From Lentisphaeria bacterium (GTDB taxonomy: Bacteria > Verrucomicrobiota > Lentisphaeria > Victivallales > UBA1829): a stretch of DNA of 64,000 nt. The stretch spans positions 5,258 through 69,257 of the forward strand of contig JAFZZR010000005.1 of assembly GCA_017615635.1 (NCBI GenBank), written 5' to 3'. This document shows positions 1-8,998 of this stretch, piece by piece. Made by a program: the position numbers and the translations under genes. The first letter of the stretch is position 1. Each line of letters begins with the position of its first letter. The notes below the pieces were generated by a model. The model did not search any database. It was given only the letters and a program-made list of their open reading frames with translations, and was not told the DNA's origin.

Positions 1-1
1 T

Positions 2-445
2 CTCTTCAAGGACGAGGTCCGCGAGGTGGGACGTCAGCTGGGCCTGCCCGAAGAGATGGTCATGCGTCAGCCGTTCCCCGGTCCCGGACTGGGCGTGCGT
101 GTGGTCGGCGAGGTGACGAAGGAACGGCTGGACATTCTCCGCAATGCCGATGAGATCATTGTGGATGAAATGAAGAAAGCCGGTCTTTACTACAAGATAT
201 GGCAGGCGTTCGGCGTATTCATCCCCGTCCGGACCGTCGGGGTCATGGGCGATGAGCGGACTTACGACAGCGTTATCGCTCTCCGTGCGGTGGAAAGCCG
301 CGACGGCATGACGGCGGACTGGGTCCATCTGCCGTATGAACTTCTGGGACGGATCTCCAACCGGATCGTCAACGAGGTCAACGGGGTCAACCGGGTCGTT
401 TACGATCTCACCTCCAAGCCGCCCGGAACCATCGAATGGGAATGA
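2..445 (+). CDS. guaA: GMP synthase (glutamine-hydrolysing), C-terminal part; 5' end outside window
   Basis: The frame is open from the window edge ([34 protein letters not shown]...[13 protein letters not shown]). This is the conserved C-terminal dimerisation domain of GuaA. The track start at 26 is a GTG inside the gene. Confidence 0.93.
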   Translation, partial: LFKDEVREVGRQLGLPEEMVMRQPFPGPGLGVRVVGEVTKERLDILRNADEIIVDEMKKAGLYYKIWQAFGVFIPVRTVGVMGDERTYDSVIALRAVESRDGMTADWVHLPYELLGRISNRIVNEVNGVNRVVYDLTSKPPGTIEWE

Positions 446-455
446 GGCTTTTCTG

Positions 456-1022
456 ATGGAGATCACAGCCGGCATCCTGCGGGGAATGGAACTGAAGGCC
501 CCCGCCGGACTCGACGTCCGGCCTACTGCCGTCCGGGCCAGACAGGCTCTGTTCGACAGTCTGGGCGATCTCTCGGGGAAGATCTTTGCCGATCTTTGCG
601 CCGGAAGCGGGGCGGTGGGTCTCGAAGCCGCCAGCCGGGGCGCTTCGCGTGTCATTTTTGCCGAGTGCGCTCCGCCCAGTCTTGCGGCGATCCGTCAGAA
701 CTGCCGCAAAGCCGCGGCCGCCGGGCTCACGGCCGGGCTGGAGATCGTGGAAGGGGCTCTGCCGGATTCCATCGCCCGTCTCGCATCTCATGCCAAACCG
801 GATATCGTTTTTGCCGATCCGCCGTATCCCGTCTCTTCGGATCTGCTGGCCGGGGTTACGGAGGACGACCGGTTCGCCCGGTGGGCCGATTCCGCTGCTC
901 TTATCTGGGAACTTCCCTCCGAAAGACGTGGATTCCGTCCTCCCGGATCTGCATGGCGAGCGGTTTCCATCCGGAATTTAGGTGCCGCGGAATTTCTTTT
1001 TCTGGTTCGGACGCGTGGCTGA
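456..1022 (+). CDS. rsmD: 16S rRNA (guanine966-N2)-methyltransferase RsmD family
   Basis: ATG at 456 lies just after the guaA stop. It has the AdoMet-binding motif DLCAGSGAVGLEAASRG and the FADPPY catalytic motif. The longer track ORF from 336 overlaps guaA and was rejected. Confidence 0.85.
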   Translation: MEITAGILRGMELKAPAGLDVRPTAVRARQALFDSLGDLSGKIFADLCAGSGAVGLEAASRGASRVIFAECAPPSLAAIRQNCRKAAAAGLTAGLEIVEGALPDSIARLASHAKPDIVFADPPYPVSSDLLAGVTEDDRFARWADSAALIWELPSERRGFRPPGSAWRAVSIRNLGAAEFLFLVRTRG

Positions 1023-1145
1023 GAAGAACTTTTTTAAAAAAAACATGAAAGATTTTTCAGGATTGATTTGACTTCTGCTTTTTACAATGTAATGTACAGC
1101 ATTACGGTTTTTGCAATGTAATTTGAGAAGGAACAGGAGATACAG

Positions 1146-2669
1146 ATGGGCATCGCGAACAAGGTCATCAACATTCTTGTATTGATTGCGGCAATCGGGG
1201 CAGCCGTGTGCGCCTTCCTGCTCTGGCAGAAGCGCGAGCAGATCACCAAGGGCCGTGAAATGCTTTCCGAGGCCATTGTGCAGACGGTCGACAAGATCGG
1301 TCCGCGCGGTCAGGTTCAGAAAGATGCCATGTCCATCAAGCTGGAAGCGGACAAACTGAAGGAACCCATCTCCATCCTGAGCAAGAATATTGCCAAGATC
1401 TGCAAGCAGCGTGATGAGATCGCCAAGGCATTTGCCGATGTGGTCAACAACGTCAATACGCTGACATCCTCGCTGGAAACGAAAGCCCAGATCGAGGTTG
1501 CGGAAATGACCAGCTACGAGAAATACAGCGGGAAGCGCGATGAAGGTGTTGCCCTTGTCGCCGAGCGTGTCAACTACTATAAGCAGCGCAGTGAGATCAT
1601 CAAGAACGGGTTGAAAGAGCTTTCCGCTGCCATGGAACTCTCCGGCCTTTCCGAAGAGGCTTTCTGGGACAACACCAAGCTGAGCGCCGATCTTGAGGAG
1701 CAGGTCAAGCGTGCAACTGAACTTACCGCCCGCTTCCACAAGTATTCCGATCACATCCTTTCCGCCACCGACAGACTCCAGGATGCTGTCTCCGAGGAGA
1801 ATATCCAGCTCAAGAAGCCTGCACTCGGAATCGAAAACGATGTCTGGCGGGACGATCTTTCCGGCAATATGGAAGGCGTTCATGCTGTAGCGGAAAAGAT
1901 CACGGCTCTCCGCGAGACCGTGGCGAAACTGAAAAAGGAAAATGAGACTCTCAAGAAGCAGCTGAGCGAGAAAGATGCCGTCATCAAGAAGAAGGACGGT
2001 GAGATCGCCTCTCTCAGCAAGGAACTTACCGAAGCGAAAGCGGAGATCAAGCGTCTGAAAAAGATCATCGATCCCAGCAGCGACGGCGAGGACTCCGGAT
2101 CCGATTCCGCTGCACAGCAGGCGGACTTCTCCGTGGTCAAGAAGCTGGTCGGAAAGATCACTTACGTCAATCCCCAGTACGGTTTTGTCATGATCGACCT
2201 TGGTGCGAAATCCACGATCAAAGGTCTTGGCGTCGACGGCAAGCAGCTTATCGACAAGCCCGCGCCTCTTCCCCAGAATGCCATCATGACCGTTGCCACC
2301 TCGCTGGATCCCGAGGATGCCAAGTACGTTGCCCGGATTTCCGTGGCCCGTATCGGCGCCACCAGCTCCATTGCGAATGTCCTGCCTCTCCCCGGCAGTG
2401 CCGAGCCCAAGGTCGGCGATACGGTGTTCTTCTCCGATTCCGACATCCGCCAGATGGCGGCCATCCGCGAGCTTGCACTGAAGCAGGCGGAGGAAGCCGC
2501 TGCCCGTGAAAAGGCAAAAGAGGCGGAAGCCGCCATCCTTGCGGGCGAAAAGACCGATGATGGAGAATCGGCCGAAGAGGCGGATGATGAAGAGAAAGAA
2601 AGCGAGGAGGAGAAGTCCTCCTCTGATGACGGCTCGTCTTCCGAGAGCGAAGACGAAGAAGAGGAATGA
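1146..2669 (+). CDS. membrane-anchored coiled-coil protein with beta-rich domain and poly-acidic tail, function unknown
   Basis: ATG at 1146 follows AGGAG. It has an N-terminal TM helix (VINILVLIAAIGAAVCAFLLW), about 300 aa of heptad-like K/E-rich sequence, a beta-rich segment (GKITYVNPQYGFVMIDLG...) and a D/E/S tail. The opposite-strand 564-aa ORF is low-complexity shadow. Confidence 0.7.
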   Translation: MGIANKVINILVLIAAIGAAVCAFLLWQKREQITKGREMLSEAIVQTVDKIGPRGQVQKDAMSIKLEADKLKEPISILSKNIAKICKQRDEIAKAFADVVNNVNTLTSSLETKAQIEVAEMTSYEKYSGKRDEGVALVAERVNYYKQRSEIIKNGLKELSAAMELSGLSEEAFWDNTKLSADLEEQVKRATELTARFHKYSDHILSATDRLQDAVSEENIQLKKPALGIENDVWRDDLSGNMEGVHAVAEKITALRETVAKLKKENETLKKQLSEKDAVIKKKDGEIASLSKELTEAKAEIKRLKKIIDPSSDGEDSGSDSAAQQADFSVVKKLVGKITYVNPQYGFVMIDLGAKSTIKGLGVDGKQLIDKPAPLPQNAIMTVATSLDPEDAKYVARISVARIGATSSIANVLPLPGSAEPKVGDTVFFSDSDIRQMAAIRELALKQAEEAAAREKAKEAEAAILAGEKTDDGESAEEADDEEKESEEEKSSSDDGSSSESEDEEEE

Positions 2670-2689
2670 CAACAGAAAGGGTCCTTGTT

Positions 2690-2797
2690 ATGCGTTCACC
2701 TGTCATATTCCTTTCCGTGGCCATCCTTTCCTTCCTGGCTTTGGCGGCAGCGGTCGTCTTCCAGATGCTCGAGATGCACGCCTACCTGATGTTCTGA
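2690..2797 (+). CDS. possible 35-aa single-TM micropeptide
   Basis: ATG at 2690 gives MRSPVIFLSVAILSFLALAAAVVFQMLEMHAYLMF, one hydrophobic helix. There is no family recognition and it is not in the ORF track (too short). Confidence 0.2.
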   Translation: MRSPVIFLSVAILSFLALAAAVVFQMLEMHAYLMF

Positions 2798-2807
2798 GGT
2801 ATCTTCC

Positions 2808-2972
2808 GTGTCCTGCGGACGGTGTTTCTACATCCTCCTCGTATTGTCGGCGGCGGCATTTCTCTGCGGCTGCTCCACACCGCAGGAGCGTTCCGGGTAC
2901 AATCTGCGTCCCTTCAATGAGCCTGCGGGCTGGGAGAACAATCCGTATTACGGCATGCCGCTGCAGAACTGA
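2808..2972 (+). CDS. possible 54-aa small lipoprotein
   Basis: GTG at 2808 gives VSCGRCFYILLVLSAAAFLCGCSTPQERSGYNLRPFNEPAGWENNPYYGMPLQN. It has a hydrophobic leader ending in a lipobox-like LCGC. Speculative. Confidence 0.2.
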   Translation: MSCGRCFYILLVLSAAAFLCGCSTPQERSGYNLRPFNEPAGWENNPYYGMPLQN

Positions 2973-3005
2973 GGAACACGGAACGCGCGGAGGCAGATCG
3001 TCCGT

Positions 3006-4001
3006 ATGAGAAATTTCTTCGCATATATCGTTTATCTCCTGGTTCTTCTCCTTACGGCAATCGTCCGCCGTCTGCCCCGTTCCCTTTTTTTCTTTCTGGC
3101 TCCGGGCTTTGCGTGGGCCGCTTACTGTCTGCCCAATGTCGGCGGGATCGCCCGGATGAATGTCCGTGTCGCGTTTCCTGAAAAAACCGAAAAGGAGCGG
3201 TGCCGGATCGTCCGGAAGAGTCTGGAGAATCTTTTCATTTCCATCTGCGAATTTTTCTGGTGCAAGGGGAAGAAGGGAGTCGTCGTCTCTCTGATGGATT
3301 TCCCCGAGCAGACGACGCGGGATGTGGAAAAAGGGCGCGGCGACGGCCGCTGCGGCGCACTTTTCCTTACGCCTCATATGGGCAACTGGGAATTCGCGGG
3401 AATCACGCTGGGTTCCGGCCTGGGATTCCGGTTGGGGACGGTGGTCCGCTCTCCGCGCAATCCGTATCTGGACAGGCTGATCACCAGCGGACGCATGGTG
3501 GAGAATGTGGAGATCATTCATTCGAAGGGTGCGGTCCGGACGATTGCCCGTGCGCTGAAGGACGGGAAGTCCATCGGGATCCTTATCGATCAGAACACGC
3601 GCCTTCGCGATGGCGGTGCGTTCGTTCAGTTTTTCGGGCTTCCCGTACCCGTCAGCATGACGCCTGCCCATTTTGCGAGGAAAGACAACCGGTTTATTGC
3701 CGTAGGGGCGGCCGTCCGGGTGGGAAAGCGGTTCCGTGCCGTTCTGCGCACGGTGTCCCGTCCCGCTTCGGAATACGCCTCGGACGAAGAGCTGACGCAG
3801 GAGCTGATGAATATCACCATGGGGTTGATCCGGGAGTATCCGGAGCAGTATCTGTGGCTCTACCGCCGTTTCCAGAACATTCCGCCGGATGCGCCCGAAG
3901 AGCTGAAGAAAAAGTATCCTGCGTATGCATCCGTGCCCGGCGAGAAATTTTTCAGCAGGGCGTATAAGTATCACCACCGGCATGAGACGGAGAAGGAATG
4001 A
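3006..4001 (+). CDS. lipid A late acyltransferase family protein (LpxL/HtrB-like lysophospholipid acyltransferase)
   Basis: It has an N-terminal TM anchor, the H-x4-D/E acyltransferase motif (PHMGNWEF) and ILIDQN...FFG motifs typical of the LpxL/LpxM family. ATG confirmed at 3006. Confidence 0.85.
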   Translation: MRNFFAYIVYLLVLLLTAIVRRLPRSLFFFLAPGFAWAAYCLPNVGGIARMNVRVAFPEKTEKERCRIVRKSLENLFISICEFFWCKGKKGVVVSLMDFPEQTTRDVEKGRGDGRCGALFLTPHMGNWEFAGITLGSGLGFRLGTVVRSPRNPYLDRLITSGRMVENVEIIHSKGAVRTIARALKDGKSIGILIDQNTRLRDGGAFVQFFGLPVPVSMTPAHFARKDNRFIAVGAAVRVGKRFRAVLRTVSRPASEYASDEELTQELMNITMGLIREYPEQYLWLYRRFQNIPPDAPEELKKKYPAYASVPGEKFFSRAYKYHHRHETEKE

Positions 4002-4028
4002 TCCCGCCTGCGGTGCGGGACGCCGTTT

Positions 4029-5129
4029 TTACCGGTCGCCTTCTTTCAGAAACGATTCGCGCCGGATCCGGAGATCTTCGGCGAATACCGGATCCAGGAT
4101 CAAATCAAAATCGCCTTCCATCAGGGACGGCAAATCATGAGCCGAAACGGAAAAACGGTGATCCGTCACCCGGTTCTGCGGAAAATTGTATGTCCGGATC
4201 CGTTCGCTTCGATCGCCGGTTCCCACCTGTGCCCGCTTTGAGGCGGCATGGCGTTCCGCCTCCTCCCGCCGCTGCATTTCCAGCAGTTTCGATTTCAGGA
4301 TCCGCAGCGCGATCTCCCGGTTCCGGATCTGCGACCGTTCCTGCTGGCTGGCTGTCACCAGCCCGCTGGGAATGTGGCGGATCCGGACCGCGGAATCCGT
4401 CCGGTTGACGTTCTGCCCGCCGGGTCCGGAGGAACGGAAGGTGGAAATCTCCAGATCTTCCGGCCGGATCGTCACGTCATCGGTCTCCTCCGCTTCCGGA
4501 AGGACGGAGACGGTCACGGTGGATGTATGGATCCGTCCGCCGGCTTCGGTCACGGGAACTCTCTGGACGCGATGGACGCCGCTTTCGAATTTCAGCCGGG
4601 AAAACACCGCGGATCCCGAAAGGGAAAAAGTGACTTCGCGAAGGCCGCCCAGTTCCGTTTCCGAGAGATCCAGAACGTCTGTCCGCCACCCGCGGCGTTC
4701 CGCGTACTTCGAATAGGCCCGGAACAGCTGGGATGCGAAAAGCGAAGCCTCTTCACCGCCCGCGGCAGGCCGGATCTCCATGATCACATTGCGGGAATCG
4801 TCGGGATCCGGAGGGAGGATGGCCGACATGACTTCTTCTTCGTCGCGGCGGCATTGCTCGCTTCCGGACAGGATCTCGCTTTCTATGAGCTGCCGGAATT
4901 CGGGATCCTTTTCCTGTTCCAGCAGCTTCCGGTTCTTTTCCAGTTCCCTCTGATGTGCCTGCCAGGTGTCGTAAAGGACAAAAAAAGATGCCAGACGCCC
5001 TCGTTCTATAGAGAGCCTCCGGCACTCATTCGCATCGCCGTAAACGCCCGAATCCGCCAACGCGCTTTCCACCTCGCGGAGCTTCGCCCGCATTCGGGCG
5101 ACCCGGTCCGACAGATCGACCTGATCCAT
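4029..5129 (-). CDS. prfA: peptide chain release factor 1
   Basis: It has the GGQ motif (SSGPGGQNVNRTDSAVRI) and a P-x-T type tripeptide (RVPVTEAGGRIHTS), diagnostic of RF1 rather than RF2 (SPF). The frame is uninterrupted. Confidence 0.93.
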   Translation of the reverse strand: MDQVDLSDRVARMRAKLREVESALADSGVYGDANECRRLSIERGRLASFFVLYDTWQAHQRELEKNRKLLEQEKDPEFRQLIESEILSGSEQCRRDEEEVMSAILPPDPDDSRNVIMEIRPAAGGEEASLFASQLFRAYSKYAERRGWRTDVLDLSETELGGLREVTFSLSGSAVFSRLKFESGVHRVQRVPVTEAGGRIHTSTVTVSVLPEAEETDDVTIRPEDLEISTFRSSGPGGQNVNRTDSAVRIRHIPSGLVTASQQERSQIRNREIALRILKSKLLEMQRREEAERHAASKRAQVGTGDRSERIRTYNFPQNRVTDHRFSVSAHDLPSLMEGDFDLILDPVFAEDLRIRRESFLKEGDR

Positions 5130-5214
5130 GGCGTTTTTCCAGGCTGATGCCTAAATGTCTCCGGCATTCGGGTCCATGGCGGACAGAATACGGGAGAGTT
5201 CGATCGCGACGATC

Positions 5215-5424
5215 TTACTTCGCGTCCGCTTTTTTGTAGCGGCGGCGGAATTTTTCCACGCGGCCCGCGACGTCTACCAGCTTCTGCTTGCCGGTGATGA
5301 AAGGATGGCATTCCGCGCAGATACCGACTTTCTGCTCTTTTCTGGTGGAGTAGATGTCCCAGACTTTGCCGCAGGCGCAGATGACCTTTGCAGGTCCGTA
5401 TTTCGGATGAATTCCTTCTTTCAT
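5215..5424 (-). CDS. rpmE: 50S ribosomal protein L31 (Zn-ribbon type)
   Basis: [51 protein letters not shown]... is the canonical L31. ATG at 5424. The 108-aa N-terminal extension in the track ORF (to 5748) was rejected. Confidence 0.93.
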   Translation of the reverse strand: MKEGIHPKYGPAKVICACGKVWDIYSTRKEQKVGICAECHPFITGKQKLVDVAGRVEKFRRRYKKADAK

Positions 5425-5558
5425 GAGTCGTTCCTCACAGTAAAAATTAAGTGTGTAATTGCATTTCGGTCCGGGACACACGGAAGGGACCCGCATGTTC
5501 GGGAAGGGTAATATATCACTCCGTTGCAAAAAATCAAACGATTCTCTCTTTTTTTTCT

Positions 5559-6512
5559 TCAGGTCGTCAGGATTTCCTTCGGCGGAAGCAGGACCCGGTC
5601 GGTTCCGATCTCCTTTCCGTCCATCATGTCGAACAGCATTTTTATTGCCTGTTCGCTTTCGCCTTCGATATCCTGCACACAGCGGAAGGCGGGAGAGATG
5701 AACGGCGGCACCTGCCGGTTCCACGGGTCGAAAATCCCGCCCGTGCACCGGGGCCTGTTCCGTCCGGGCGGCAGATATTTTTCCAGCGCATCCAGCCCGG
5801 CGGGGGAATCCGCAAAGATTCCCAGATTCCGGATCCGCCGTTCCCGGATCAGCTCCGGAATACGCTCCTCTTCATCGGTACAGGGGATCCCCGCCTTCCG
5901 GAGCAGACGTACGGCGCAGCGGTGTCTCCACGCTCCCACCGTATTGCTTTTTTCGAACCGGAGGAAGGCGCCATCCACGCCCGTTTCCAGCAATTTTTCC
6001 GTCAGAAGCGCGATGCTTTTCCGAGCGTCGTTGGTCACGACGGGGAAGGGGAGATCCGGGATCCACTGGTCGAAGCAGACCAGGGGATACCCGCTTTCCC
6101 GCAGCTGTTCGAATTCCGGGATCTTTCCGTAATTCCGGGGCGGCGAATGCAAAATCGCGCCATCGCAGAAGCCGCACTTCAGGCGGTTCATGCACATCCG
6201 GAACTGTTCGAGATTATTGTACAGGAGGCTCATCAGCAGATAGCCCCGCTGCATCAGGATCCGGTTCGTCCCCATCATCAGGGCGTTCATGGGACCGCCC
6301 GTCCACGAACCGGAAACCACGGCCAGAATCTTCGAACGTCCCGTGATCAGGATTTTTGCCGCCAGGTTCGGAACGTATCCGAGCTGAAGGCCCACAGACT
6401 GGATCTTCTCACGTGTTTTCTCGGCGACCCGGGCGTCTCCGTTCAGGGCACGGGAAACCGTCCCCGGATTGTATCCGGTGATCCTCGCTATATCGTAGAT
6501 CGTGGCGGCCAC
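5559..6512 (-). CDS. LacI-family transcriptional regulator
   Basis: It has the LacI HTH ([35 protein letters not shown]) followed by a periplasmic-binding-protein-like sugar-binding domain. The start is assigned to GTG at 6512, because the track ORF start at 6830 runs through rubrerythrin. Confidence 0.8.
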   Translation of the reverse strand: MAATIYDIARITGYNPGTVSRALNGDARVAEKTREKIQSVGLQLGYVPNLAAKILITGRSKILAVVSGSWTGGPMNALMMGTNRILMQRGYLLMSLLYNNLEQFRMCMNRLKCGFCDGAILHSPPRNYGKIPEFEQLRESGYPLVCFDQWIPDLPFPVVTNDARKSIALLTEKLLETGVDGAFLRFEKSNTVGAWRHRCAVRLLRKAGIPCTDEEERIPELIRERRIRNLGIFADSPAGLDALEKYLPPGRNRPRCTGGIFDPWNRQVPPFISPAFRCVQDIEGESEQAIKMLFDMMDGKEIGTDRVLLPPKEILTT

Positions 6513-6544
6513 GCTGTTTCTGCCTGTCTGTGAGCCCGTCCGGA

Positions 6545-7078
6545 TCAGTAGTTCTTCGCTTCGATCTCGAAAAACGCTCTGGGATGCTTGCAGACGGGGC
6601 AGGATTCCGGAGCGCTTTCCCCGATGTAGACGTGTCCGCAGTTGCGGCATTCCCAGCGGTTGACGCCGGTTTTCACCCAGACTTCGCCCGCTTCGATGTT
6701 GGCGGCGAGTTTGAGGTAGCGTTCCTCGTGGCGCTTTTCGATGTCGGCGACCTGCGCGAACTGCCTGGCCAGATCCTCGAAGCCTTCGGCCTTCGCTTCT
6801 TCGGAGAAGCGCTTGTACATATCGGTCCACTCTTCATGCTCGCCGGCGGCGGCCGCTTTCAGGTTGTCCAGGGTGGATCCGATGCCGTTGAGGGCCTTGA
6901 ACCAGAGTTTTGCATGTTCCTTTTCGTTGGCGGCGGTTTTTTCGAAGATCTCGGCGATCTGCTCGAAGCCTTCCTTGCGTGCGGCACTTGCGAAATAGGT
7001 GTATTTGTTGCGTGCCTGGGATTCACCTGCGAACGCGAAAAGAAGATTCGCTTCCGTCTTGCTGCCTTTCAGTTCCAT
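6545..7078 (-). CDS. rbr: rubrerythrin
   Basis: MELKGSKTEANLLFAFAGESQARNKYTYFA... is a di-iron ferritin-like domain with ExxH motifs. It carries a C-terminal rubredoxin CxxC...CxxC (CRNCGHV...CPVCKHP). ATG at 7078 follows GGAGAG. Confidence 0.93.
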   Translation of the reverse strand: MELKGSKTEANLLFAFAGESQARNKYTYFASAARKEGFEQIAEIFEKTAANEKEHAKLWFKALNGIGSTLDNLKAAAAGEHEEWTDMYKRFSEEAKAEGFEDLARQFAQVADIEKRHEERYLKLAANIEAGEVWVKTGVNRWECRNCGHVYIGESAPESCPVCKHPRAFFEIEAKNY

Positions 7079-7117
7079 TTTTACTCTCCGTTTTCTTTTT
7101 TTGTTGCGGGGCAATTT

Positions 7118-7152
7118 CAAAAGTCTCACATGGCCGCCCGCCATGACTTTTG
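7118..7152 (-). promoter_or_regulatory. nested palindrome/hairpin in the rubrerythrin 5' region
   Basis: CAAAAGTC-tca-CATGGC-cgccc-GCCATG-a-GACTTTTG forms 8-bp and 6-bp complementary arms, 40-75 nt upstream of the rbr ATG. An alternative arm pair TCTCACA/TGTGAGA overlaps it. Confidence 0.4.
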
Positions 7153-7226
7153 GAATTACCTCTTGTGAGAACGATTTTCCCTGCCGTGCAGGCCGGACCG
7201 GCGTCCGACGCGCGGCAAACAGCCCT

Positions 7227-7254
7227 ATTATACCGCGTGATCCGGAAAAAGCAA
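7227..7254 (-). promoter_or_regulatory. candidate sigma70-type promoter for rbr
   Basis: The minus strand reads TTGCTT-16 nt-TATAAT. This would give a leader of about 140 nt containing the palindrome at 7118-7152. Confidence 0.3.
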
Positions 7255-7289
7255 GCGAATCGCAAGAGGAAAGTCGTTTTTTCTTCGGC

Positions 7290-8957
7290 TCAGCGATAGT
7301 AAATGACGGATGTGCAGTCTCCGTCGGGACCGTGGATCTCCTCGGACGGAGTCTCCGTAAGGGATCCGTCTTCTCTTCCTTCCAGAAAGCGGTCCGTGGC
7401 CATGACGAGGACGACGCCCGGATCGCTGCGTTTCTCCCGGACGAGTTCATTGAACTCCTCCGCGGAGAGCAGCCTGTGCTTCTGATCGGGTCTCCGGAGC
7501 CCGTACTCGATCTCGCCGGGCGAGGCCAGGATGAGGACGTTGCTCCGTCTGTAGAACCAGCAGACATCCTGGAACGGATAACGGAAGGCCACGAGGATCT
7601 GGCCGGGCGAAACGGGGGGCGCCGATTTGAGCGTAACGACGGGGCATCTGCGGTCGATGAAATACTGCGGCAGGGAACATTGGAACGCCAGGATCACCGG
7701 AAGGAAGGCGAGGATGTACCAGTGCAGCTTGTGCCAGGTGTTTTTTTCGGGAAGGATCGCAGTCAGAGTCAGGACGGAGAAGATGCCGCAGACAGTGAGC
7801 AGAAGCCACATCCAGGCCTCATGTTTCATCAGCAGCTGAACGGGGAAACCGGTAAAGAAGTTCACGGCGAAGGCCGCCAGAGCGATCGCCAGTCCGCCCG
7901 CCAGGACGGCAGCGATCCAGTTCGGCAGGGCACGCAGCTTTCCGGTGCGTGTCCACTCCGCCAGTCCGGCGGCAATGAGGATGGCCAGAGGCGGGAGACA
8001 GGGAAGGATGTAGGAGGCGAGCTTTCCGCTGGAGCAGGAGAGGAAAAGGAACGGGATCAGGAACCAGCAGAGGGCGAATTTCAGAAGCGGAGAACGGAAG
8101 ATCGTATGCCGCAGTCCGATGAACGCGGCAGGGAGAAAGGGGATCCAGATGGCGGTCCCGGCAAAGAGGAACGGGATGAAGTAGAGGAACGATGCCGCAT
8201 GCTGGGCTTTCTGTCCTCCGAAGAAGCGCTGCCAGTGTTCCACCACAATGAAGTAATGCCAGTAATCCGGATCCGCCTGATGGATGGCCCAGGCCCAGGG
8301 GGCAATGAAAAGAAGCGCGGTGAACAGGGGGATCCACGGAAGAAGGAGAATCTCTTTCCAGCGCCTGTTCCAGAGCAGATAGGCGGTCACGGTCAGAGCG
8401 GGCAGGGCGAAGGCCAGGAATCCCTTGACCATGAAGGCCGCCCCGGCGAAAATACCGGCCAGAGCATAGAGCAGGAGCTTCCGGAGCAATCCCGGGACCC
8501 GTTCGTATGCCGTAAAGAAAAGTCCGATGCAAAGCGTCGTGAAAAGGGAAAACATGCTGTCCAGGATTCCCAGTCCGCCCAGCATGACGTTCATGGGCAT
8601 GGAGAGGAAGACTGCGCCGGAGAGAAAGCTCTCCCGCAGACCGGTCCGGAACGACCGCATCATCAGGACGAGAAAGACGGCGCAGAAGATCATGGCGAGC
8701 GCGGAGGGGAGCCGAAGTGCGAACGCATTCAGTCCGAATATCTTCATGGATCCGGCGAATGCCCAGTAGCCGAGAATTGGTTTTTCGAAGTAGCATACTC
8801 CGTTCAGGCGGGGCACGATCCAGTCGCCGGACTCCAGAATTTCCCGGGCCGCTTCGGCGTACCGGGTCTCATCGGGGGAAAAAAGAGGACGCACGCCCAG
8901 CGGCAGGAGAAACACGGCCAGGAAGAGTAGGAGTAGGAACACTCGGGAAGAACGCAC
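7290..8957 (-). CDS. arnT: undecaprenyl-phosphate-L-Ara4N:lipid A transferase (ArnT, GT83)
   Basis: It has blocks shared with E. coli ArnT as I recall it: PDETRYAEAAREILESGDWIVPRLNGVCYFEKPILGYW, WHYFIVVEHWQRF...AQH and SGKLASYILPC. It is a multi-pass membrane protein. The start is set at GTG 8957, 9 nt after AGGAGA; the track start at 9092 would overrun the promoter. Confidence 0.8.
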   Translation of the reverse strand: MRSSRVFLLLLFLAVFLLPLGVRPLFSPDETRYAEAAREILESGDWIVPRLNGVCYFEKPILGYWAFAGSMKIFGLNAFALRLPSALAMIFCAVFLVLMMRSFRTGLRESFLSGAVFLSMPMNVMLGGLGILDSMFSLFTTLCIGLFFTAYERVPGLLRKLLLYALAGIFAGAAFMVKGFLAFALPALTVTAYLLWNRRWKEILLLPWIPLFTALLFIAPWAWAIHQADPDYWHYFIVVEHWQRFFGGQKAQHAASFLYFIPFLFAGTAIWIPFLPAAFIGLRHTIFRSPLLKFALCWFLIPFLFLSCSSGKLASYILPCLPPLAILIAAGLAEWTRTGKLRALPNWIAAVLAGGLAIALAAFAVNFFTGFPVQLLMKHEAWMWLLLTVCGIFSVLTLTAILPEKNTWHKLHWYILAFLPVILAFQCSLPQYFIDRRCPVVTLKSAPPVSPGQILVAFRYPFQDVCWFYRRSNVLILASPGEIEYGLRRPDQKHRLLSAEEFNELVREKRSDPGVVLVMATDRFLEGREDGSLTETPSEEIHGPDGDCTSVIYYR

Positions 8958-8998
8958 GGAACGGAGTCTCCTGTTGATGGGTCTGAAAACGGTGCGGA

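Noticed and set aside
4029-5129. Checked whether the release-factor gene is prfB with a programmed +1 frameshift.
   Set aside because: The ORF is uninterrupted and carries the RF1-type P-V-T tripeptide rather than SPF. No frameshift site is needed.
5215-5748. N-terminally extended versions of known genes offered by the ORF track: rpmE to 5748, rsmD from 336, hisC to 19770, gyrB to 23559, the ABC ATPase from 9091, the DtxR-like gene to 41859, the LacI genes to 6830 and 38118, the FAD oxidoreductase from 49578 and arnT to 9092.
   Set aside because: The extensions overlap neighbouring genes or promoters, are low-complexity, and in each case an internal ATG/GTG with a Shine-Dalgarno-like sequence aligns with the canonical family N-terminus.
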